NCBI GenBank assembly: GCA_028534125.1
Contig: CM052816.1
Location: 90,274,001-90,338,000 of the forward strand
Direction of reading: 5' to 3'
DNA: 64,000 nucleotides
Source of the DNA: Lama glama
Taxonomy: Eukaryota
Positions 52,870 to 64,000 of the stretch are shown here, piece after piece (the stretch's first letter is position 1; every line of letters begins with the position of its first letter). Both the position numbers and the translations under genes were made by a program. The notes under the pieces are model-generated. The model made no database searches. It worked only from the letters and a program-made list of their open reading frames with translations, and was not told where the DNA came from.

Positions 52870-54440
52870 TCAACACCCTGAAAAGAAGCCCAAACAAAGT
52901 CAGTAAGTCCACTTTCTCTAATGAAACAAGGTTAATGCAGAAAAGTAGAGAGATGTTAGTATTCTCAGGAGAAATTGCGAACCTCTTGCATCTGTAAATC
53001 AAAAGCAAGATACTATTACAAATGAATCCAAAAAGGAATAAAAGGAATTTTAAAAAGGAGTTGCTGAAATTTTAAAACATTCAATCTAAGCAGTAAAATA
53101 GATAATGAACGTAGACATTTCTTTCTTCTTGAACAGAGCGTGAGTCTCTCATCCTATGAAAACTGTATCTCAGTACATGTGCTCTGTAGTCAGTCTTCTA
53201 CCCCCAAATGTCAAGCGGCAGCATCAATAAAGTCTAAATTAATGTTTTAAATAAGTATAATAGATGAAAGCAAGCTGATTCTTAAAAATACTGAGAAAAT
53301 ACAACCTCCTAGTAACCATTCCCAAGAATATATAAATGAGAAAAAAAAATTATAGAGACAAAGAGGATTAAAATACTGTAGAAGGATAAAGTATAACATT
53401 ATACCATGAATGTACAAATACAAATATTTTATTTAGAAATATAAACGACTAACCTCACCTAATAAAAGGCTATTTAGACAGCCTACAAAAACCAGTAACA
53501 AAGGCACTTGACCCATAAGGCTTTCCAGGTAGGTTTTAGCAAAGGGTCAAGTTTTTTATTTTACTCCAGAGCATAAGAAACAAGAAACCCTTAAAATATT
53601 TTCTATGAAGCTGCTATAATGCTAATATTCAATGAGCAAAGATGGCATAAAAACCATGATACATCAACATCACGTACATGTACATGATGTATTAATACTC
53701 TAAAGGTATAAGTTCATAAAATCCAACAGAAGTAAAAGAATACTATACCAAAAATAGTGCTCATTTTTCTAGGAAGATAAGAATAGTACAGTATTAAAAA
53801 ATCTAATGATGTAATTCATTGTATTACACATTAATAGAGAATGCTAAAAAAAAAGGCATTTAACAAAATTAAGCATTCATTACTAATCAATACCTACACT
53901 TAGCCATTTCTATTATTAATTGATGTTCTGTAAGCCCTTGTTGGCACATATTGTTAAGAAAAAAGTTAGATGTATAAATATTAAAAGGAAGGAATAAATG
54001 TTATATGAAAATTATCTAATTGGAAAACCAAAATATATTAAGTGGAAAATATTAAGATAAGAAGGTTTTGCTAGGTTGTCAGATTTTTAAAAATATAAAA
54101 ATCAATAGCACTTAAGTAACAATTATCAATTATATCTCATTAAAATATTTTAAAATTCTATGTAATATCTAATTTTAGTCTGAACATGAAATATACAGTT
54201 CCAAGGCAAAAGGTAAAAAAAAATTAACACAAAGAATGTTGGGTGTACAAAAAGACAGATTTTTTGTACAGTGGAAAGACTCAGTGTTATAAAGATGCCA
54301 TTTGCCAAATATTTATATAAAGTCAGTATGGGCTCAATCAAAATTGTTGCTGTATTTTCTGAAAATATATATATATTTCATCTTTTTTTGGTCTAAAGTT
54401 CATCTCCAATAGCAAACCATTAGCATAAGCAATAAAACAT
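52870..54440 (+). mobile_element. Highly degenerate old L1 ORF1/ORF2 (L1ME-like)
   Basis: Remnants of the RT-region motifs PGPDGF (~53505-53530), FYEASITLI (~53600-53630) and LKFIW (~54393). Confidence 0.7.
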
Positions 54441-54625
54441 TGATTTTTAAAATATCATTTAAAACCTACATCAAATCACGGCATGTCCCTCTTGAAATAT
54501 TCCGATGGCTGGCTCTTGTTTAAAATCTAAATTCTTCACCATGGTAAATAAGACTGTATTTTCCCATCACCCATATTCTCCTCCAGTGCTACACACTCAC
54601 ACAAGATCGTAATCCCCTCTTCTCT

Positions 54626-54725
54626 TGTGAGAAACAGAATAATGGGCCCCAAAGATGCCCATGTCCTCATCCCTGACCTGTGGATGAGTTCAGTTATGTG
54701 ACAGAAGAGAATTAAGATTGCAGAT
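54626..54725 (+). mobile_element. MLT1D-like LTR, 5' ~100 bp only
   Basis: CAGAATAATGGGCCCCAAAGATGCCCATGTCCTCATCCCTG...GAATTAAGATTGCAGAT. Confidence 0.8.
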
Positions 54726-55236
54726 ACTATTAAGCCATAAAAAATTAATAAAGTAATGCCATTTTCAGCAACATGGATGGACCTAGAGAATGTTATTCTA
54801 AGTGAAGTAAGCCAGAAAGAGAAAGAAAAATGCCATATGATATCACTTATATGTGGAATCTTAAAAAAAAAAAAAAGACAAACAAACTTATTTACAAAAC
54901 AGAAACAGATTCACAGACATGGAAAACAAATTTAAGGTTACCGGAGAGGAGGGAGTGGGAAGAGATAAGTTAGGAGTTTGAGATTTGCAAATACTAACTT
55001 CTATATATAAAATAAACAAGTTCATACTGTATAGAACAGGAAACTACATTCAACATCTCATAGTAACTTATGGTGTGGCACCGAGAACTTTATTAAGGAT
55101 CTTGTAGTAACATATAATGAAAAAATATGAAAATGAATATATGCATGTATATGTATAACTGAAACATTATGCTGTACACCAGAAATTGACACAATATTGT
55201 AAACTAACAATATTTCAATTAAAAAAATAAAATAAA
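54726..55236 (+). mobile_element. Young 5'-truncated L1
   Basis: Homologous to 395-860, ending in CAATTAAAAAAATAAAATAAA. Confidence 0.93.
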
Positions 55237-55259
55237 GATGTCTATAAGAAAAAAGCAAT

Positions 55260-55790
55260 TCACAGTACTGGCCAATAAATAAATAATACGATGCTGAAAC
55301 TTAAGTAATAACTAAATAAATGTAAATAAGAACAATGGGATATTTTTCATGCATCAGATTGGCAAATATCAAAATATTAAACCAGTTGAATATGAAGGGG
55401 GACTGAGAACTCTCAACTAATTAAAGAGGGTCAATTGGTATAGCATATTTTGTAACAACTATCATGCCTTCCTTTTGAGCTAACAATTCCACTTTTACAC
55501 TACATGCATATTTACTCAGAGTTACAGAAATAGAATAATCACCATAGTGTTGGTAATTACAAGAAGGAAGAAAGAGTAGAAAGGAAAAATGAAGGGAAGA
55601 AAAGAGAAAGAAAGCTTAAGAAGCCGGTTACAGAGCAGCATATGCAGAAAAATTTCCCCAGGTGTTTGCGCACATAAGGTGTACAGAAATCTGAAAGAAC
55701 ATATACCAAAATTTTAATCATGCTTATACCTGGAGACTTTATTAGGGAATCAAAAAGACTTATCATTGTTTTTATGTGTTATTTTTTTTC
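55260..55790 (+). mobile_element. Degenerate L1ME-like 3' region
   Basis: CATCAGATTGGCAAA, AACAATTCCACTT and ATATACCAAAATTTTAA motifs. Confidence 0.55.
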
Positions 55791-56199
55791 TGTCAGTTCA
55801 ATAAGCCACTAGAAAACAAGTTTAACATACATCTCTTGGAGTAACAGAAACTGGTGAATGATAAGTATCAAATTTACGAACATAAGAACAGTGTAGGACT
55901 TCCAAAAATGACAAAGGACAAAGACCATTAAATTTCCTGAGGAAACTCCATGGACAACATCACCACAAAAATGTTTTACAAAATGACATTATGTAGAAAA
56001 TTAAGGGAAACTAATTTATTATATTTCATAATTGCCTTTTTTCTAATTTACAGGTGCATATTACTTCCTTTCTTCCACTCTAGTGCCCCAAATGTTTGGG
56101 GAAAAAGAGTCAGAATATCAGTCTCACCTTTAGCAAGGAAATAACTCCATAGATCAAAATCTAGTAAGACAAATCTGAGTTAGGACGCAATTTTTATAT

Positions 56200-57385
56200 A
56201 GGAATAGTGCAACTGAAGCACATTGAAACAAGTCTTCCCTGACAGTTAAAACATTTTAGGAACCAGTTGACAATCATATGTGTTCAGTCTACATGCATAA
56301 AGAAGCAATCCCCATGGAACTAATTAGATCAGTAGGAGAAAAACTTAGCAAATTACCTCCCTCTCATCCTCCAGAATGACTGTCAGGATATCCAGGAGAT
56401 CATACCACGTCTCTAACAACAGTCCTGCCAAATCAAACATCATTGTCCTGATGTCAAAAATGGCTAGATCAGTAATGCACCTCCTGATCTTTGCTTCCTT
56501 CATTCCCTGACTCATCTCCCTTTTCTCTCTCTCTGCCTCCCAGACCACACTCTCCATGAAAGGTCTTAATACATAAATATTTGGCTAACACTCTCCTTTC
56601 TGCAAAAGTATGCTGCCTTTCTAGAGACAGGACATAAGATACACATCTGCATGGGTTTCCTCTAAGATGCAAAAACTAACTTTTCAAAAATTAAACTAAT
56701 TAAACTATATCAAATTTCATGGATATGTCTTAGTTATCAAAATTCAGCTCTGTGTCCTTAGACACGCCAGTGAATTGCTCTGAACTTTAATTTCCTAATT
56801 TATGAAATTCACTCTCTCCTAACTAATCATGGGTTTCACTTATGCTATGTTTCTGATGTCTTACCAAATACTATTAATAAAGAGATAAATATTACTAGTC
56901 AATAACCTCAGTTTTCTAGATACACCAATAAATTAGAAATCATGATAAATTGTGCTAACTGCAGTGACAGGGTTTTTTGAAACATTGTAGGCACAAGAGA
57001 AGGAGCCCCTAACCCAGCCTCAGGGCTTTGAAAAGGTTAAAAACCTTCTTTGATGAATCAATATCTGTAAAGATTCTTAAAGGATATGTAACATTTAACT
57101 GAGACATCACATTGGAAAGAGCATTCTAGGCAGAGAGAATAGCATGAGAAAAAAGCCCCTGAAAGATATTTGTTTATGGGATACACAACATGTTGCTGGA
57201 AAACAAATCACAGAGCCAGAGATGAGTAATGAGGAGAGAAAAGCAGACGGGGCTGTTTGCACCATTTAGAGCTGAGGTTATCTGAAAGTGACAGAAAGGC
57301 AATGACAAATTCTAAGTAAAAGAATGACACGGTTGTGTTAACAGTTCTTGGTAGTCTTTTCTAACCCAGATTCTGTGATTCTATA
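56200..57385. mobile_element. Cluster of L2 and MIR fragments
   Basis: Degenerate L2 motifs on both strands (CCCCTAACCCAGCC, GCATTCTAGGCAGAGAGAATAGCATG) and a MIR core at ~56740-56810. Confidence 0.55.
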
Positions 57386-57499
57386 GCCCTGTGTCTCCTA
57401 ATAAGACAGAGATGAAAAGTGGCATTTGGCTCCAGTAATATAGATACTGTGGTAATACGCTAGTAACCATGTATTAAATGAAAATTATGAATTATTTGA

Positions 57500-57860
57500 T
57501 CATGTAAAAATAAACCCAATATGCATGGTTTTATCAGACCACATCTGGAATGCTGTTTTTATTTGGAGGCAATATATTTTAGGAAAAATGTTGTTAATCT
57601 GACAATATCCAAAAAGTGTCCAAGATTATAAAGGATTTAGAAAACCATTTCTGGGGAAGAAAGTACTTTCTGTCTTCAAATTTTAAACAGCTGTCAGATG
57701 AAAAAAAAACAGACCTTAGGCTATGGAACTTTAAAGCTTACAGATTTAAGATATATATATGTAATCTGTGAGCAAGTCATAAGAAGCAAAATTCCAGCTT
57801 AGTATGTGAAAACAGAGTGTGACAAAATTTAAGTTTTTCAAGAGGGAATAAATTATCTTT
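57500..57860 (+). mobile_element. L3/CR1 fragment
   Basis: TCAGACCACATCTGGAATGCTG and CTGTCTTCAAAT...CTGTCA, CR1 ORF2 3' motifs. Confidence 0.65.
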
Positions 57861-58899
57861 TGACATACAACTTCAAGGAGAGTTTAAAAACCATCTCTTC
57901 TAAAACTGGTGCTACTCTTTTGTCAGGACATGGAGGAATAACTTGCCTTTTCACCATAAAAACAGAACGAGACAAAACAAATCAAAACCTCGCCTTCTCA
58001 CCATAGAAAGCTGGAAAAAACATATAAAAGATTTGAGTTTAGATATATTTGCTATGTATGTGTATATAAACCTCATAAAAAATGGATGTATTATATATTC
58101 TTCTAAGCGTGTACTCTTTCATTGTAGCTTTTAGAATAAGTGCATTTCTGTCAGTTTTATTCTTTTTTTTAATATTTTGCTTGGGATATTGTATTCATGT
58201 GAACAGACATAAAATCCATACGTGCTTTATATTACTTAAAATGGGGGGAAACAGGAAAGCCTAAATCAACATCCCGTGTGATTACCAATGGGACACATGA
58301 CATTGTTGAGCATTAAATAATTTTGTATTACAAATCTCCAAACTCCTTCAATGATAAATGGGAAACATCCAAAGTTTTGAGAAATTCTACCTAAGTGAGA
58401 TTTTGGACTTTCAAATTCCTCAATCATGCTTCCTAAAATTTTCTTTGCTTATAAAAACTGACTTTTCAGTGAAGTTCTTTTTGTTATGATTCTATAATGA
58501 ACCATCTTTTAAGAACCTAATTTTGAACAATGTAGCAAAAGAGAAAAAAGCTTTCAGTTACATTTATTATATACAGTGACTTGAAATATTATTAACTTCT
58601 TTACGTGGCTAGTCGTACCAAGGTAAACTCAGTTCATATTAGTTCAGCGTATTTAAAAGCTATCCTCATCTTTTTAAAATATCCATTATGTAATAGTATA
58701 TCTATTTCTCATGAGGTTTTTCTAGAATAGCATAAAATATGGATTTTATGTTCTAAGAAGTGGAAGGATTAATAAATAGTGAGCACACATGTGTGCTTAA
58801 AACACATCATATGATGTTTTGATGTAGTTTATTTATAAACCAAGAAAGCACATTCAGGTGTGTAATATATTTGAAACTTTCTTATGATATCTCATGGGA

Positions 58900-60320
58900 A
58901 AGATGGAGAAAAATGCTATAAATGGCAATATTATTGGGCAAACATGTAATTGAATTAATGACCCTGTCCAAAGGTAATGATTGATTTAATGTGGAGAGAT
59001 TTCTTTGGCTCCTCCTCAGTCATGGCTGTGCATTTTAGTCAACATATTTGGTGTAAATATTGCTATCATGCTTATGGAATTTCAAAGTAGTCAGAGGTCC
59101 AAGGAATAGCTAATATAATGAGTGATGAGAGGGACTGAATTTATAGAATACAATAAACTGAGAACAGACGTAAATACCTATGCCCAGGCTTTCCATTGCC
59201 TGTATAGCATAGCAGAAGGTGGAATTTTATTACAAAAAGTGGATGTGAAAAAATCTTAGTAGATTCAAATCCCAATGGGCATGAATGGAATAGATGAAGT
59301 ACCCTTGAATTTTATTTAACTGAATCCAAGCTGTTCGTTTGATTTTCTGCAAACTCATTATGAACCAAAAGAATGCTATAGCTGACCCAAATGTTAATGC
59401 CATCCTGAAATGCATTAATTACAATACTAGATCAGAACACAAGAAGTCAGAGTAAGTACAGCTCTGGTCTGTCTTGTTCAGACAGTCCCGGGAGATGTTT
59501 GCTCTCCATGGGTGCCTCACTGAGAAACTAGCATGCGTCTCGAGAAAAAAGTCTACAGAGTGGTACACATGGATTAAAAAGGCTGATGAACTGAGAATGT
59601 TTCTCCTGAAGAAAGAAACACTTAGTATGTCAGCTTGAGCCCCCCCCCCCAAGAAGCAGATGTCAAGACGGGATTGGATATACAAGGGATTTATTGGAAA
59701 CTGTCTTTGAAGGACAGAAGGGAGAGAGCAGGAATAGGTCAGAAGAGTCTTAAGACTGTGATCCAGCACTGACACCTGTGAAAAACAGAAGAAAGGGAGG
59801 ATTGTATAGGAAGAGCCTCAGAACACAGTTCAGTTCTGTGAAAGTCTTGGCCAGACCTATGGAAAGTCCTGGAGGCAAACTTGGCTCCTACAGGGCAGGA
59901 ACAGTGTCCTTCCAGCATGGCAGCTGTGTTCAGTCACTGAGTCGGAGCAACGTGGGGGAAGGATGTCCTCCTGCCAGTGCCCCAGTGCCTCTACGGGTGC
60001 AGCTGTTGGAGGCTGTCAATCAGATCTGCTCGTCCAGCAGATCTTTTGAAGGCACACCTCCACGGCTGCTACCCTTGGGGAGGGGTGAGAGCCGTCTTCA
60101 GTTCTTCTCAAGAGCTCTGAGAGGGACAAAGGTCTAGATTTTTCCTGCATAACTTCAAAACAGAGACAGAGAACAAAGAGATGGATAGAAACTCACACTT
60201 CGTCAAAATATGAAGAATTTCTAATCATTAAAATCTTGAAAATATAGTGAACAATGTCACAAGATGATGAGTAGGAAAGAATCAAAAGTTAGACTGGAAG
60301 ACCCGTCAAGCCTCTTCTCA
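58900..60320 (+). mobile_element. L3/CR1 fragments interrupted by an LTR33-like LTR
   Basis: GTTAATGCCATCCTGAAATGCATTAAT...GTCTTGTTCAGAC, a CR1-like motif; similar sequence continues after 60073. Confidence 0.5.
59628..60073 (-). mobile_element. LTR33-like ERVL LTR
   Basis: AAGAAGCAGA...TTTATTGG...CTGACACCTGTGAA...AGGAAGAGCCTCAGA...GAAAGTCTTGGCCAG. Confidence 0.85.
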
Positions 60321-60430
60321 AATCTTGAAATCTAATGAGACAGGAACAAAGAAACCAAACAATTGAGGGATATGATTTTTTCAAATGATTATAAGGAGGC
60401 TGGGTTAGAAGATTTTATTTTTTCTTTTGC

Positions 60431-60470
60431 AATAATAATAATAACAACAACAACAACAATAATAATAATA
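60431..60470. repeat. Compound (AAT)n(AAC)n(AAT)n trinucleotide repeat
   Basis: Read directly. Confidence 0.9.
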
Positions 60471-60849
60471 CATTTTGCATTTCAGTAAAAAATAGTAAGG
60501 AGTATTCTAAAAAGCCACTGCCTCGTACTAGTGTGAGGTAAGTTTTCCTCTGCCTTGAACTAGAATCAGAGAACAGTACACTGGATTTAAATCATCACCT
60601 CTGAACCGTGATGTTCTGAAATACATCAGTCATGTTTGTCTGCCCTTATTTTATTTTAAAAAAAAATCCTGTGCATTTTCCTTGTCAACATAGCATACGT
60701 CCAGGCAAAAGGGTATTTCTAGATTTCAGTCATGTGCTAGTTTCTGCTTCCTTCAGGGGATAACAAAATTAAAAATCTTTTGTACTCAGTATTTTCTCAG
60801 GCCAGTGAAAGGGTTAAGTAAGCTAAAGTAAAGTCCTGAATATGAGAAT

Positions 60850-61030
60850 TGAAAATCTGGCAACCAGCCCAGAGTCCATTTCCAAAAAGCAGCAGCTATC
60901 CTGGGCTTGTACAAAGGATGTGGTTACCCTGGCAACAGTAGCTAAGAAAGAAAACATGGCCGACAGGTACATGTACCGATTGCTCCAGAAAGAAGAAAGC
61001 GGCCCAGCTACCGCCGCACTCAGCGTGAAG
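60850..61030. promoter_or_regulatory. Candidate RFX/YY1 promoter or enhancer
   Basis: X-box GTTACCCTGGCAAC at 60923-60936, YY1-like AACATGGCCG at ~60953-60962, six CpGs in 60961-61025. Confidence 0.55.
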
Positions 61031-62167
61031 GAGTCATTTTGAAAATCTCAAAGCTTTAAAGCTGAACCCTCTATTTTCCAGCTGCAGGTATTTTCCCTGT
61101 GGTATTTATTTAGGTCACGATCAATGAATTTCATCGTTTCGGCATTTTGTAGCAAAGGCTGAGAATAAATATACCCCCCAACCTAAACACAGACGCTACA
61201 AATGATTGTCCAGATACATCAGCTTACTCAAAAGGCCAGTTTCATGAATGATTCCCTCAAAATAAGCATTGATATTTTCCCCCAAAGTCTTTGAATTAAA
61301 TTATTTGATTATGTTCCATTTTCTTTTTTATTCTTCTTCAGAACTATGACTTTCACAGGAAACATTCAAACTGCTCAGTCTCCACCATGTTTTATATAAT
61401 AATTTGTAATTTATGCTGTCATCTTTTTATAAAAAACTGGATCTTCACAGCATCTTTTTTTAACTGAATATTTCCTGATAAAATATTTTGTGGAATTCAC
61501 CTTGGAGATTTGTATAAAAGGAGCTAAAAGGGTTGTGGTTGTTAATGCTATTTCCTTGATTATAAAGATGTGTTTTTTTCCCTGGAAAGCTTGCAAAGAT
61601 TGCTTACTAGAGTATCAATTTCTCTAAATGTATACTTCAGATTGATCTATTTATAGCTTTTACCATAATTTATGAGTACAGTGTTGAGTTACTCGAGCAC
61701 ATGGCAATCAGAGCCTAAGCAAAAAGGGCATAAGCCCTGCTTAGTGAACCAGTTTGTAACACATGCTTTCACTCCCCACGCCCACTGCCACATAGCCAGT
61801 TCCGTTTTCCAAAAAAATACATGATACAGGGAAGAAAAGACCTATATTCTTTTAAGACATCAGAGTCCTGACCCTCATGTTTCTCTTAGCTTATGAAACA
61901 GCCTTAATGAGACCCTTAGCCTCCTGAGGTTCCAGAGACAGCACGATGCACACCACGTAAATGACCTCCAAGGTGCTTCTTGGCTGTGCTGTTCCATGAA
62001 AATGGGCCACTGCCTACTGTGAACACAGAGCAAAGGTTTTACTTCAGTCGATCCATTTGATGTTGGTTAGAGCTTCTTTATCAAGTTTCTTTACAAGTTT
62101 TCTCTGCATAAACACTCCTGATTTTCCTTATCAAATTAAATACTACCATCTTTAAAATTCTATGTAA

Positions 62168-62382
62168 GGGACAGACTGGGATTTCAAAATTTGTAGATAC
62201 TGACAGGCATATGCAGAATAGACAAACACGATTACACTGTATAGCACAAGGAAATATATACAAGATATTGTGGTAGCTCACAATGAATATATGTATACTC
62301 ATGTATAATTGAAAAACTGTGCTCTACACTGGAATTTGACACAACATTGTAAAATGACTATAGCTCAATAAAAATGTTTTTA
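62168..62382 (+). mobile_element. Young short L1 3' end (second camelid subfamily) with 14-bp TSD
   Basis: TSD AAAATTCTATGTAA at 62154-62167 and 62383-62396. Confidence 0.92.
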
Positions 62383-63051
62383 AAAATTCTATGTAAACAT
62401 TCATTGTGCACAGTGAATGAAGGACTCCAGTAGACACTACTCAGACATAATTTAAGGCCTTTTGATTACCTGTTCCTTGGATTAGAGTACGAAATCCCGG
62501 GGGCAAATCTAAAAACACACAGAAAGAGTGTATTGATTGCTATTTAACAATGTAGAACAGCAAAGGTAGGCTAGGGCAGAAACAGACATATCTAGTTATC
62601 TTTGGCATAGGAGCAGGCTAGGATGACTTCAGGGTTATCCATGATTCACTCTATAAAATAATGTTTATAAAATCCAACCAGACCTTTTAAAGGAAAAAAA
62701 TATGAACCCTTCTACCCACTGTAGATTTATGTTACTTTGACTATGCTTATAAATGTCTATAAATATACATCTAGGTCTTATGCTCAGAGGACTCAGCCAC
62801 AGAAACAAATTAAATAGGAACCAAATTATAAAGCCAATAAAATTGAAATTAATCTTATTAATTTAAGGTGGTACATTATCTTGAAATTTAATCTGTTTGA
62901 AATTTGAATATTGTACTGAATGTCACATCATAGTTTCAGAAGCATTCGGCATGTCTATGCTACTGTGTGTCACTTGCTAACTCAACTCACCCACCCTTTT
63001 CTCTACTCAAATTCATGTGAAACCTTTGTTTGCACAGTGCTTCATAACGTC

Positions 63052-63938
63052 ATTTGGCTTTCTATGTCTGCGAATCTGTTTCTGTTTTGTAAATAAGTTC
63101 ACTTGTCTCATTTTTTTTTTTAGATTCTCCATATAAGTTATATCGTATGGTATTTTTCTTTCTCTTTCTGTCTTTCTTCACTTAGTATGACCATCTCCAG
63201 GTCCATTCATGTTGCTGCAAATGGCATTATTTTACTCTTTTTTATGGCTGACTAGTATTCAATTGTGTGTGTGTTTGTGTGTAAATATATATATATATGT
63301 ATGTATACACACACACACATATATATATATATATATCACATCTTCTTTATCTAGTCTTCTGTTGATGGACATTTAGGTTGCTTTCATGTCTTGGCTATTT
63401 TAAGTAGTGCTGCTATGAACATTGAGTGCATGCATTTTGTGAATTAGAGTTTGCTCTGGATATATGTCCAGGAGTGGGATTGCTGGATTGTATGGTAGGT
63501 CTATTTTTTAGTTTTTTGAGGAATTTGTATACTGTTTTTCTTAATAGCTGCTCCAGACTACATTCTTACCAACATTGTCGAAAGGTTCCCTTTTTTACAC
63601 ACCCTTTCCAGCACTGATTATTTGTGGACTTTTTAATGATGACCATTCTGACCTGTGTGAGGTGATACTTCATTGTGGTTTTGGTTTGCATTTCTCTAAT
63701 AGTGAGCACTTTTCCATGTGTCTCTTGGTCATTTGTATATCTTCACTGGAGAAATGTTTGTTTAGATGCTCTGCCTATTTTTTTGCTTGGGTCATTAATT
63801 TTTTTGTTACTGAGTAGTATGAGCTGTTTCTATATTCTGGAAATTAAGCCCTTGACAGTCACACGGTTTGCAAATATTTTCTCCCATTTTGTAGGCTGTC
63901 TTTTTGTTTTGCTTGCTGTTTCCTTTGCTGTGCAAAAC
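63052..63938 (-). mobile_element. Young L1 ORF2 C-terminus/3'UTR lacking its distal 3' end
   Basis: Reverse complement of about 1-595 plus further upstream L1 sequence. Contains a (TG)/(TA)/(CA) tract at 63264-63340. Confidence 0.93.
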
Positions 63939-64000
63939 TACCAGTCTCTTTGCCTGAAACCCCGTGTGTTTTACGCCCATTAATACATCTTTGTACCTAG

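Noticed and set aside
59419..60137. 118/119-aa ORFs
   Set aside because: They lie within LTR33-like and L3 repeats.

Overview
AT-rich, CpG-depleted mammalian genomic DNA, very probably camelid (alpaca/camel), judged from two tRNA-derived SINEs of the Vic-1 type and several young L1 3' ends. I recognise no protein-coding gene, rRNA, true tRNA or CRISPR array. The supplied ORFs are chance frames or decayed L1/ERV remnants. The window looks like a large intron or an intergenic region, much of it repeats: L1 of several ages, L2, L3/CR1, MIR, MLT1/LTR16/LTR33/LTR41-like LTRs, an ERV1 solo LTR and hAT DNA transposons. Repeat family names come from my recollection of consensus sequences, not a search, and boundaries of old elements are approximate. 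The most interesting signals are: (1) candidate exons of a minus-strand spliced, probably non-coding transcript, including a 94-nt exon at 36766-36859, a possible CRE-driven start near 47.1 kb, and an exon-like cassette duplicated in a recent 135-bp tandem repeat with only 53 nt between copies; (2) a twin PBX-PREP/MEIS decamer module; (3) an RFX X-box/YY1/CpG promoter-like patch; (4) a fold-back plus tandem templated insertion at an L1 inversion junction; (5) a possible PNMA-like Gypsy gag fossil. I cannot demonstrate a new biological system from the sequence alone; these are testable leads.
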